The position numbers and the translations under genes were made by a program. From NCBI GenBank assembly GCA_052327205.1, contig CM126212.1, positions 82,522,001 through 82,586,000 of the forward strand: 64,000 bases of DNA, given 5' to 3'. Of the stretch, positions 1 through 11,721 are shown piece after piece; the first letter of the stretch is position 1, and every line of letters begins with the position of its first letter. The stretch is from Somniosus microcephalus. Taxonomy: Eukaryota. The notes beneath the pieces were generated by a model that worked only from the letters and a program-made list of their open reading frames with translations, searched no databases and was not told where the DNA came from.

Positions 1-74
1 TTGCAAGGAGCAACACTGACAGACTAGCTACTGAAGTTAGCATCGCACAAGCACAGTACATAAAGACTGGTTTA

Positions 75-1915
75 ACAGATCATACAGTGAGAGCACAGGT
101 CAATCAACTGATCACACAGTGAGAGCACAGATCAATCAGCTTATCACACTGTGGCTGCACAGATCAATCAGCTGATCAAATAGTGAGGGCACAGATCAAT
201 CAGCTGACTACACTGTGACTGCACAGATCAATAAGCTGATCACACAGGGCGATCACAGATCTATCAGCTGATCACACAGTGAGAGTACAGATCAATCAGC
301 TGATCACATATTGAGGGCGCAGATCAATCAGCTGATCAGAGTGAGAGTACAGATCAATCAGCTTATCACACTGTGGCTGCACAGATCAATCAGCTGATCA
401 CACAGTGAGAGTACAGATCAATCAGCTGATCACACAGTGAGAGTACAGATCAATCAGCTGATCACAGTGAGAGTACAGATCAATCAGGTGATCACACTGT
501 GGCTGCACAGATCAATCAGCTGATCACACAGTGATAGCAGAGATCAATCAGCTGATCACATAGTGAGGGCACAGATCAATCAGCTGATCACAGTGAGAGC
601 ACAGATCAATCAGCTGATCACAGTGAGGGCACAGATCAATCAGCTGATCACATAGTGAGGGCACAGATCAATCAGCTGATCACAGTGAGAGCACAGATCA
701 ATCAGCCGATCACAGATCAATCCGCTGATCACACAGCATGATCACAGATCAATCAGCTGATCAGAGTTTGAGTACAGATCAATCAGCTGATCACACTGTG
801 GCTGCACAGATCAATCAGCTGATCACACAGGGCGATCACAGATCAATCAGCTGATCACACAGTGAGAGTACAGATCAATCAGCTGATCACACAGTGAGGG
901 CACAGATCAATCAGCTGATCACAGTGAAAGCACAGATCAATCAGCTGATCACACAGTGAGAACACAGATCAATCAGCTGATCACACAGGGCGATCACAGA
1001 TCAATCAGCTGAACACACAGTGAGGACGCAGATCAATCAGCTGATCACACAGGGCGATCACACAGTGAGAACACAGAACAATCAGCTGATCACACTGACT
1101 GTACAGATCAATCAGCTGATCAAACAGGGTGATCACAGATCAATCAGCTGATCACACAGGGCGATCACAGATCAATCAGCTGAACACACAGTGAGGACGC
1201 AGATCAATCAGCTGATCACACAGGGCGATCACAGATCAATCAGGTGATCACACAGTGAGAACACAGAACAATCAGCTGATCACACTGACTGTACAGATCA
1301 ATCAGCTGATCAAACAGGGTGATCACAGATCAATCAGCTGATCACACAGTGAGAGCACAGATCAATCAGCTGATCACACACGATGATCACAGAATAATGA
1401 GCTGATCACACAGTGAGGGCACAGATCAATCAGGTGATCACACAGTGAGGGTGCAGATCAATCGGCTGATCACATAGTGAGGGCACAAATCAATCAGATG
1501 ATCACACATGATGATCACAGAATAATCAGCTGATCACACAGTGAGGGTGCAGATCAATCAGCTGATCACACAGTGAGAGCACAGATCAATCAGCTGATCA
1601 AACATGATGATCACAGAATAATCAGCTGATCACACAGTCAGGGCACAGATCAATCAGCTTATCACGCAGTCAGAGCACAGGTCAATCAGCTTATCACACT
1701 GTGGCTGCACAGATCAATCAGCTGATAACACAGTGAGAGCACAGATCAATCATCTGATCAGACAGGCCATCACAGAACAATCAGCTGATCGCACAGTGAG
1801 AGCACAGACCAATAAGCTGATCACACAGAGCGAACACAGATCAATCAGCAGATCACACAGGCAGAGCACAGGTCAATCAGCTGATTACACAGTCAGAGCA
1901 CCGATCAATCAGCTG
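75..1915. repeat. Satellite A, left part: 32-bp (30-bp variant) tandem repeat, consensus CACAGATCAATCAGCTGATCACACAGTGAGAG
   Basis: Direct periodicity. Constant core CACAGATCAATCAGCTGATCAC contains the palindrome ATCAGCTGAT, followed by a variable 8-10 nt segment. Confidence 0.97.
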
Positions 1916-3910
1916 TTCATCCCAGTTTGGCATAAAAATAAAACAAAAATGGTGACTCAATCGTGGCTAACAAGGGATATTAGGGATAGCATAAGATCCA
2001 AGGAGAGGACATATAAATTGGCCAGAAAAATCAATAATCCTGAGGATTGGGAGCAGTTTAGGATTCAACAAAGGAGGACAAAGGGATTAATTAAGAAAGG
2101 GAAAATAGAATATGAGAGTAAGCCAGCTGGGAACATAAAAACTGACTGTAAAAGCTTTTATAGATATGTGAAGAGAAAAAGATTGGTGAAGTCATGCGTA
2201 GGTCCCTTGCAGTCAGAATCAGGGGAATTTATAATGGGAAACTAAGAATTGGCACACCAACTAAATTCATACTTTGGTTCTGTCTTCACAAAGGAGGACA
2301 CAAATAACCTCCCAGAGATACCGGGTAACATAGGGTCTGATGAAAGGGTGGAACTGAAAGAAATCAGTATTTGTAGGGAAATGGTGTTAGGAAAATTGAT
2401 GGGACTGAAGGCCGATAAATCCCCAGGGCCTGAAAATCTACATCCCAGGGTTCTTAAGGAAGTTGCCCTAGAAATAGTAGATGCATTGCTGGTCACCTTC
2501 CAGAACTCGATAGACTCTGGAACAGTACCCATGGATTGGAGGGTAGCTAATGTTACCCCACTATTCTAAAAAGGTGGTGGAGAAAAAAGCGGGGAATGAT
2601 AGATCGGTAAGCCTGACATCGGTAGTGGGGAAAATGCTAGAGTCTATTATAAAAGATGTAATAGCAGAACACTTGGAAAGCAGTGACAGGATCGGACAAA
2701 GTCAACATCGATTTAAAAAAGGTAAATCATGCTTGACTAATCTACTGGAATTTTTTGAGGATGTAACTGGTAAAATAGATAAGGGAGAACCAGTGGATGT
2801 GGTGTATTTGGACTTACAGAAGGCTTTCGATAAGGTCCCACATAAGAGATTAGCGTGCAAAATTAAGGCACATGGGATTGGGGACAAGGTATTGACTTGG
2901 ATAGAGAACTGGTTGGTGGACAGAAAGCAAAGAGTTGGAATAAACGGGTCATTTTCGGAGTGGCAGGCAGTAACTAGTGGGGTACCGCAAGGATCGGTCA
3001 TAGGACCCCAGCTGTTCACAATATATATTAATGATCTGGACGAGGGAACAGGTTGGGTGATTGGGCAGGAACATGGCAAATGCACTATAATGTGGATAAA
3101 TGTGAGGTTATCCACTTTGGTGGCAAAAACAGGAAGGCAGACTATTATTTGAACGGCAATAGATTGGGAGAAGGGGAAGTGCAAAGAGACCTGGGTGTTC
3201 TTGTGCACCAGTCACTGAAGGTAAGCATGCAAGTGCAGCAGACAGTTAAGAAGGCAAATGGTATGTTGGCCTTCGTAGCAAAAGGGTTCGAGTACAGGAA
3301 CAAGGATGTCTTGCTACAGTTGTACAGGGCCTTGGTGAGACCGCGCCTTGAGTATTGTGTCCAGTTTTGGGCGCTTTACCTGAGGAAGGACGTTCTTGCC
3401 ATAGAAGGAGTGTAACGAAGATTCACCAGGCTGATACCTGGGATGGCAGGAATGACGTATGAGGAGAGATTGTGTCGATTGGGCTTATACTCACTGGAGT
3501 TTAGAAGATTGAGAGGGGATCTCATCGAAGCCTATAAAATTCTGTCAGGCCTGGACAGACTAGATGCAGGAAGGATGTTTCTGATGGCCAGGGAGTCCAG
3601 AACCAGGGGTCATAGTCTAAGGATAAGGGGTAAGCCATTTAGGACTGAAATGAGGAGGAATTTCTTCACCCAGAGAGTGGTGAACCTGTGGCATTCTCTG
3701 CCACAGAGGGTGGTGGAGGCCAATTCATTAAATATATTCAAGAAAGATTTGGATATATTTCTTAAGGCTAAAGGGATCAACGGATATGGGGAGAAGGCAG
3801 GGACAGGGTACTGAATTTGGATGATCAGCCATGATATCATTGAATGGCGGAGCAGGCTCGAAGGGACGAATGGCCTACTCCTGCTCCTATCTTCTATGTT
3901 TCTATCTTTC
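1916..3910 (+). mobile_element. 5'-truncated CR1-clade LINE (~2 kb) inserted in satellite A
   Basis: ORF2 motifs KSPGP, W.VANVTPLF, QH.F.KGKSCLTNL.EFFE, YLD..KAFDKVPH, SGVPQGS..GP.LF.IYINDL, LVRP.LEYCVQFW, RR.RGDLI, RTRGH. A 3' UTR ends in an octamer-type tail TTCTATGT-TTCTATCT. Confidence 0.95.
1917..3814 (+). pseudogene. Disrupted CR1 ORF2 (linker, reverse transcriptase, C-terminus)
   Basis: Split over five ORF-track fragments, with a frameshift near 2243, stops at 2567-2569 and 3413-3415, and an internal deletion at ~3050 removing the FADD motif. Confidence 0.9.
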
Positions 3911-6900
3911 ACAGTCAGGGCACAGGTCAATCAGCTGATCGCACAGGCAGAGCACAGTTCAATCAGCTGATCACAGTCAAAGCACAGATCAATCAGCTGA
4001 ACACACAGGCAGAGCACAGTTCAATCAGCTGATCACAGTCAGAGCACAGATCAATCAGCTGATCACAGTCAAGGCACAGGTCAATCAGCTGATCGCACAG
4101 TCAGGGCACAGATCAATCAGCTGATCACACTGACTGTACAGATCAATCAGCTGATCACAGTCAGAGCACAGATCAATCAGCTGATCACAGTCAAGGCACA
4201 GATCAATCAGCTGATCACACAGGCAGAGCACAGTTCAATCAGCTGATCACAGTCAGAGCACAGATCAATCAGCTGATCAGTCAAGGCACAGATCAATCAG
4301 CTGATCACACAGTGAGAGCACAGATCAATCAGCTGATCACACATGATGATCACAGAATAATCAGCTGATCACACAGTTCGATCACAGATCAATCCGTTAA
4401 TCACACAGCGTGATCACAGCTCAATCAGCTGATCACATAGTGAGAGCACAGATCAATCAGCCAATCACACAGTGAGAGTACAGATCAATCAGCCGATCAC
4501 ACAGTAAGGGCGCAGATCAATCAGCTGATCACAAAGTGAGAGTACAGATGAATCAGCTGATCACAGTGAGAGCACAGATCAATCCGCTGATCACACAGTG
4601 AGAGCACAGATCAATCAGCTGATCACACAGGGCGATCACAGATCAATCATCTGATCACACTGTGACTGTACAGATCAATCAGCTGATCACACAGGGCGAT
4701 CACAGTTCAATCAGCTGATCACACATGATGATCACAGAATAATCAGCTGATCACACAGTGAGGGCGCAGATCAATCAGCTGATCACATAGTGAGGGCACA
4801 GATCATTCAGCTGATCACAGTGAGAGCACAGATCAATCAGATGATCACACAGTTCGACCACAGATCAATCAACTGATCACACAGCATGATCACAGCTCAA
4901 TCAGCTGATCACACAGCGAGAGCACAGATCAATCAGCCGATCACACAGTGAGAGTACAGATCAATCAGCTGATCACACAGTGAGAGTACAGATCAATCAG
5001 CTGATCACAGTGAGAGTACAGATCAATCAGCTGATCACAGTGAGAGTACAGATCAATCAGCTAATCACACAGTTCGATCACAGATCAATCCGCTGATCAC
5101 ACAGCGTGATCACAGCTCAATCAGCTGATCACACAGGGCGATCACAGTTCAATCAGCTGATCACACATGATGATCACAGAATAATCAGCTGATCACACAG
5201 TGAGGGCGCAGATCAATCAGCTGATCACATAGTGAGGGCACAGATCATTCAGCTGATCACAGTGAGAGCACAGATCAATCAGATGATCACACAGTTCGAC
5301 CACAGATCAATCAACTGATCACACAGCATGATCACAGCTCAATCAGCTGATCACACAGTGAGAGCACAGATCAATCAGCCGATCACACAGTGAGAGTACA
5401 GATCAATCAGCTGATCACACAGTGAGAGTACAGATTAATCAGCTGATCACAGTGAGTGTACAGATCAATCAGCTGATCACAGTGAGAGTACAGATCAATC
5501 AGATAATCACACAGTTCGATCACAAATCAATCCGTTGATCACACAGCGTGATCACAGCTCAATCAGCTGATCACACAGTGAGAGCACAGATCAATCAGCC
5601 GATCACACAGTGAGAACACAGATCAATCAGCTGATCACACAGGGCGATCACAGATCAATCCTCTGATCACACTGTGACTGTGCAGATTAATCAGCTGATC
5701 ACACAGGGCGATCACAGATCAATCAGGTGATCACACAGTGAGAACACAGAACAATCAGCTGATCACACTGACTGTACAGATCAATTAGCTGATCACATAG
5801 GGCGATCACAGATCAAATCAGCTGATCACACAGTGAGAGCACAGATCAATCAGCTGATCTCACATGATGATCACAGAATAATCAGCTGATCACACAGTGA
5901 CGGCGCAGATCAATCAGCTGATTACATTGTGAGGGCACAGATCAATCAGCTGATCACAGTGAGAGTACAGATCAATCAGCTTACACACTGTGGCTGCACA
6001 GATCAATCAGCTGAACACACAGGCAGAGCACAGGTCAATCAGCTGATAACACAGTCAGGGCACAGATCAATCAGCTGATCACAAAGTCAGGGCACAGGTC
6101 AATCAGCTGACCTCACAGTGAGGGCACAGATATATCAGCTGATCGCACAGTGAGAGCATAGATCAATCAGCTGATCAGACAGGCCACCGCAGATCAATCA
6201 GCTGATCACACAGTGAGGGCGCAGATCAATCAGCTGATCACATAGTGAGGGCACAGATCAATCAGCTGATCACAGTGAGAGTACAGATCCATCAGCTTAT
6301 CACACTGTGGCTGCACAGATCAATCAGCTTGTCACAAAAGTGAGGGCACAGATCAATCATCTGATCAGACAGGCCATCAGAGGTCAATCAGCTGAACACG
6401 CAGTGAGAGCACAGATCAATCAGCTGATCACACAGGCCATCAAAGATCAATCAGCAGATCACACAGGCAGAGCACAGGTCAATCAGCTGATTACACAATC
6501 AGAGCACAGATCAATCAGCTGATCACAGTCAGGGCACAGGTCATTCAGCTGATCGCACAGTCAGGGCACAGACCAATCAGCTGATCACACAGTCAGAGCA
6601 CAGATCAATCAGCTGATAACACAGTCAGAGCACAGATCAATCAGCTGATAACACAGTCAGGGCACAGATCAATCAGCTGATCACACAGTCAGAGCACAGA
6701 TCAATCAGCTGATAACACAGCCAGCGCACAGATCAATCAGCTGATCACACAGTCAGAGCACAGATCAATCAGCTGATCACACAGTCAGGGCAAAGATCAA
6801 TCAGCTGATCACACAGTCAGGGCACAGGTCCATCAGCTGATCACAGAGTGAGAGCACAGACCAATCAGCTGAACACACAGTGAGAACACAGATCAATCAG

Positions 6901-8332
6901 CTGATCAGACAGTCAGGGCATAGGTCAATCAACTGATCACACAGTCAGGGCACAGATCAATCAGCTGATCACACAGTCAGGGCACAGATCAATCAGCTGA
7001 TCACACCGAGAGCAGAGATAAATTAACTGATCACAGAGTGAGGACACGGATCAATCAGCTGATCACACAGTCAGGGCACCGATCAATCATCTGATTACAC
7101 AGTGAGTGCACAGATCAATCATCTGACCACACATGGCGATCACCGATCAATCAGCTGATCACAGAGTGAGAACACAGATCAATCAGCTGATCACACAGTG
7201 AGAGCACAGATCAATCAGTTGATCACACAGTGAGAACACAGATCAATCAGCTGATTACACAGTGAGAGTACAGAGAAATAAGCTGATCATACAGGGCGAT
7301 CACAGACTATACAGGTCATCACACAGGGTGATCACAGATCAATTCGCTGATCACACAGTGAGAGCACAGATCAATCAGCTGATCACACAGGCCATCAAAG
7401 ATCAATCAGCAGATCACACAGGCAGAGCACAGGTCAATCAGCTGATTACACAATCAGAGCACAGATCAATCAGCTGATCACAGTCAGGGCACAGGTCAAT
7501 CAGCTGATCGCACAGTCAGGGCACAGGTCAATCAGCTGATCGCACAGTCAGAGCACAGATCAATCAGCTGATCACACAGTCAGAGCACAGATCAATCAGC
7601 TGATCACACAGTCAGAGCACAGATCAATCAGCTGATAACACAGTCAGAGCACAGACCAATCAGCTGATAACACAGTCAGAGCACAGATCAATCAGCTGAT
7701 CACACAGTCAGAGCACAGAGCAATCAGCTGATCACACAGTCAGGGCACAGGTCCATCAGCTGATCACACAGAGAGAGCACAGACCAATCAGCTGATCACA
7801 GTGAGAGCACAGATCAATCAGCTGATCAGACAGTCAGGGCATAGGTCAATCAATTGATCACACAGACAGAGCACAGATCAATCAGCTGATCACACCGAGA
7901 GCAGAGATAAATCAACAGATCACAGAGTGAGGACACGGATCAATCAGTTGATCACACAGTGAGCGCACCGATCAATCATCTGATCACACATGGCGATCAC
8001 TGATCAATCAGCTGATCACAGAGTGAGAACACAGATCAATCAGCTGATCACACAGTGAGAGCCCAGATCAATCAGTTGATCACACGGTGAGAACACAGAT
8101 CAATCAGCTGATTACACAGTGAGTGCGCAAATAAATAAGCTGATCACACAGGGCGATCACAGACTATACAGTTCATCACACAGGGCGATCACAGATCAAT
8201 CAGCTGATCACACAGGGCAATCACAGACTAATCAGCTGATCACACAGGGTGATCACAGATCAATTCGTTGATCACACAGTAAGAGCACAGATCAATCGGC
8301 TTTTCACGCAGGGCGATCACAGATCAATCAGC
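3911..8332. repeat. Satellite A, right part (32/30-bp units) with internal 442-bp and ~860-955-bp block duplications
   Basis: Same consensus as 75-1915. Diagnostic variants recur at +442 (GATCATTCAG at 4801 and 5243) and +955 (CAAAGATCAATCAGCAG at 6441 and 7396). Confidence 0.97.
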
Positions 8333-10690
8333 CTTGAATATACTCAATGACTCAGCATCCACAGCCTTTTCGGGAAGATAATTCCAAACATTCACAACCC
8401 TCTGAGTGAAGAAATTCCTCCTCATCTCAGTACTAAATGGCCGACCCCTTATCCTGAGACTATGCCCCCTAGTTCTAGACTCTCCAGTCAGGGGAAACAA
8501 CCTCTCAGCTTCTTCCCTGTTAATCCCCTCAGAATTTTATTTCTTTCAATGAGATCACCTCTCAATTTTCTAAACTCCGAAGAGTATAGGCCCAATCTAC
8601 TCAATCTCTCCTCATAACACAACCCTCTCATTACAGGGATCAAACTAATGAACCTTCATTGCACCATCTCTAAGGCATGTATGTTCTTCCAACCAAAGTG
8701 AATAACTTCACATTTCCACACATTAAACTGCATCTGCCATCTTATTGATCACTCACTTAACCTGTCTATATCCCTATGCAGGCTCTTTGTGTCCTCCTCA
8801 CAGCTTACTTTCCCACCTAGCTTTGTATCATCAACATACTTGGATACATTACACTCAGTCCCTTCATCTAAGTCATTAATATAGATTGTGAATAGCTGAG
8901 GCCCAAGCACTGATCCTTGCGGCACCGCACTAGTTACAGCCTGTCAAATGGAAAATTACCCATCTATCCCTACTGTTTGTTTTCTGGCTATTAACCAATC
9001 CTCTATCAATGCTACTATATTACCGCAACCCCATGAACCCTTACTTTGCATAGCAACCTTTTATGTGGCACCTTATCGAATGCCTTTTGGAAATCCAAAT
9101 ATACTAGATTCACTAGTTCCCCTTTATCTACCATGTTAGTTACATCCTCAAAAATTTGTTAAACACGATTTTACTTTTAAAACAATGTTGACTCTGCCAA
9201 ATCATATTATGATTTTCTAAGTGCCCTGTTACCACTTCCTTAATAATGGATTCCAGCATTTTCCTGATGACTGATGTCAGGCTAATTGGCTTGCAGCCAC
9301 GTCTTTTAGAACCCTAGGATGTTGGCGATCAGGTCCAGGGGATTTGTTGGCTTTTAGTCCCATTAGTTTCTCAAGTAGTTTTTCTCTACTGATATTAATT
9401 ACTTTAAGTTTCTCAGTCTTATTACCCCCTTGGTTTCCCACTATTTTTAGTATGCTTTTTGTGTCTTCTACTTTGAAGACAGATACAAAATATTTGTTTA
9501 AAGTCTCTGCCATTTCCTTATCCCCCACTATAATTTTACCTGTCTCAGCCTCTAAGGGACCAACACTTACTTTTGCTACTCTCTTCCTTTTTACATACTT
9601 GTAGAAGCCCTTACAATCTATTTTTATATTTCTTGCCAGTTTCCTCTCATTCTATTTACTCCCTTATCAATTTTTTGGCCATCCGTTGCTGGTTTGCAAA
9701 GCTCTCCCAATCCTCAGACTTACTATTATTCTTTACAACATTATAAGCCTCTTTTAATCTAATACTATCCTTACCTTCTTTAATTAGCCACGTAAGGATC
9801 ACTTTTCCCATGGAATTTTTATTTCTCAATGGAATGTATATGTGTTGAGAATTTTACAATATCTCTTTAAATGTTTGCTACTGCTTATCTACAGTCATAT
9901 ATTTTAATCTAATTTCCCAATCTACCTTAGCTAACTCGCCCCTCATTCCTATGTAATTGGCTTTAATTCAGTTTAAGACACTCGTTCCTGACTGAGGTAT
10001 TTCACTCTCAAACACAATGTGAAATGTTATCATATTATGATTACGCTTTCCCTTTACTATGAGATTACTATTTAACCCTGTCTCATTATACAATGCAAGA
10101 TCTAAAATAGCCTGCTCCCTGATTGGTTTCATGACGTATTGTTCTAGGAAACTGTCTCAAATGCATTCCCTGAACTTGTCTTCAAGAGTACCTTTGTGAA
10201 TTTGATTTGCCTAGTTTATATGAAGATTAAAGTCCCCCATGCTTATTGTATTACTTTTGTTACAAGCTCCTATGATTTGTTGATTAATACTCTGTCCAAC
10301 AGTATAGCTACAGTTAGGGGGTCTATAACCTACACCCATCAGTGTTTTCTGCCCCTTGTTATTTCTTATCTCCACCCATACTGATTCTAATTCCTGATTT
10401 TTTGATCCAAGATCATTTCTCACTACTGTCCTCATGTCATCCTTTATTGTATGGCTACCAACACCGCCGCCCCCCCCCCACCACCGCACCCCACACTTTT
10501 CCATTTCGTCTGTCTTTTCAAAATATAAAGTACCCTGGACTATTTAGTTCCCAACCTTGGTCACCTTGCAACCATGTCCCTATAATGGCAATTAGATCAA
10601 TGCCATTAATCTCTATTTGTGCCATTACTTCATCTATCTTGCTAGGAATGCTTTGTGCACTCAGATAAAGAGCCTTTAATTTTAACATTT
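8331..10690 (-). pseudogene. Decayed CR1 ORF2 (apurinic-type endonuclease plus reverse transcriptase)
   Basis: ORF-track fragments 10518..10766, 10211..10504 and 9277..9528 carry endonuclease and linker motifs. YVDD lies near 8830. Internal deletions near 8690 and 9290. Confidence 0.88.
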
Positions 10691-10824
10691 TACCATTATT
10701 CCCTCCTTTCACCTTATTCGCGGATGCACTCTGCTTACCTTTACCCAAATTGCTATACTGCTCCATTGCCTTGACTTTTCTGTTTAGATTTCAAAATTTC
10801 CCCTCACCTGACCCCTCCCCCCTT

Positions 10825-11721
10825 TTTTGTTTAAAGCCCTATCTATAGCCCTAGTTATTCGATTTGCCAGGACACTGGTCCCAGCCTGGTTTAAGCGAAG
10901 ACCATCCCAATGGAGCAGCTCCCTCTTTCCTCAGTACTGGAGCCAGTGCACCATGAATTAACACTCTTTCCTCCCACACCACACTTTGAGCCATTGATTA
11001 ACTCTCTGATATGCTTCTCCCTATGCCAATTTGCACATGGCTTAGGTAATAATCCAGATCATTTGAGGTTCTGCTTTTATAATTTGGACCCTAGCTCCTC
11101 AAACTCTCTCAGCAGAACCTAAATCCTAGTTCTACCATTGTCATTGGTTCCTAGTGGACAATGACAGCCAGATCCTCCCCCCTCCCCCACTCCAAATTCT
11201 TCTCCAGCCATGAGGGGATATCTTCTGAACTCCCGGTTGTGGCTGCAGAGAACAGTATCTATCCCCCTGACTAAACTGTCCCCTACCATTAAAACATTTC
11301 TTTTCACTCCCCCCACTTAAATGGCCTCCTGTGCCATGGTCAGTTTGCTCAATCACCCTGCAGAATTTGCCCTCATCCACACATGCAACAAGAACCTCAT
11401 ACCTGTTGGCTCCTCCAGTACTGCACCTGGGGTCCCCTTACCTGCTTGCGTTGCAGTCAATCCCTCCTGTCCCAGATGACTAACCAGACTTGTACCACTG
11501 CCTAACCTAAGGGGTGTGACTGCCTCCTGGATCATAGTATCCAGATAACTCTCACCCTCCCTGATGCCCCACAATGTCTGCTCCTCAAACTCCAGCTCAA
11601 CATCTTTGAGCTGAAGTTCCTCGAGATGCAGAAATTTACTGCAGACATGGTAGTCTGGGATCGCGATGCTCTCCTAAAACTCACACATGCTGCAGTTGCA
11701 GCACACCACCTCCACTGCCAT
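10825..11721 (-). pseudogene. Decayed CR1 ORF1 (Zn-finger/leucine zipper plus SGNH/GDSL esterase-like domain)
   Basis: ATG at 11721 reads MAVEVVCCNCSMCEF*...YHVCSKFLHLEELQLKDVELE. GDS at 11275-11283; DGLRLN (consensus DGLHLN) at 10889-10906. Confidence 0.85.

Noticed and set aside
1733-2245. 170-aa ORF fusing satellite A to CR1 ORF2 (likewise 23365..23718 and 14400..14717)
   Set aside because: Chance in-frame read-through across insertion junctions, using non-ATG starts, with disrupted downstream RT.
75-8332. CRISPR-like appearance (palindromic constant repeat plus variable segment)
   Set aside because: The variable parts are only 8-10 nt and reused many times. There are no cas genes and the context is vertebrate.
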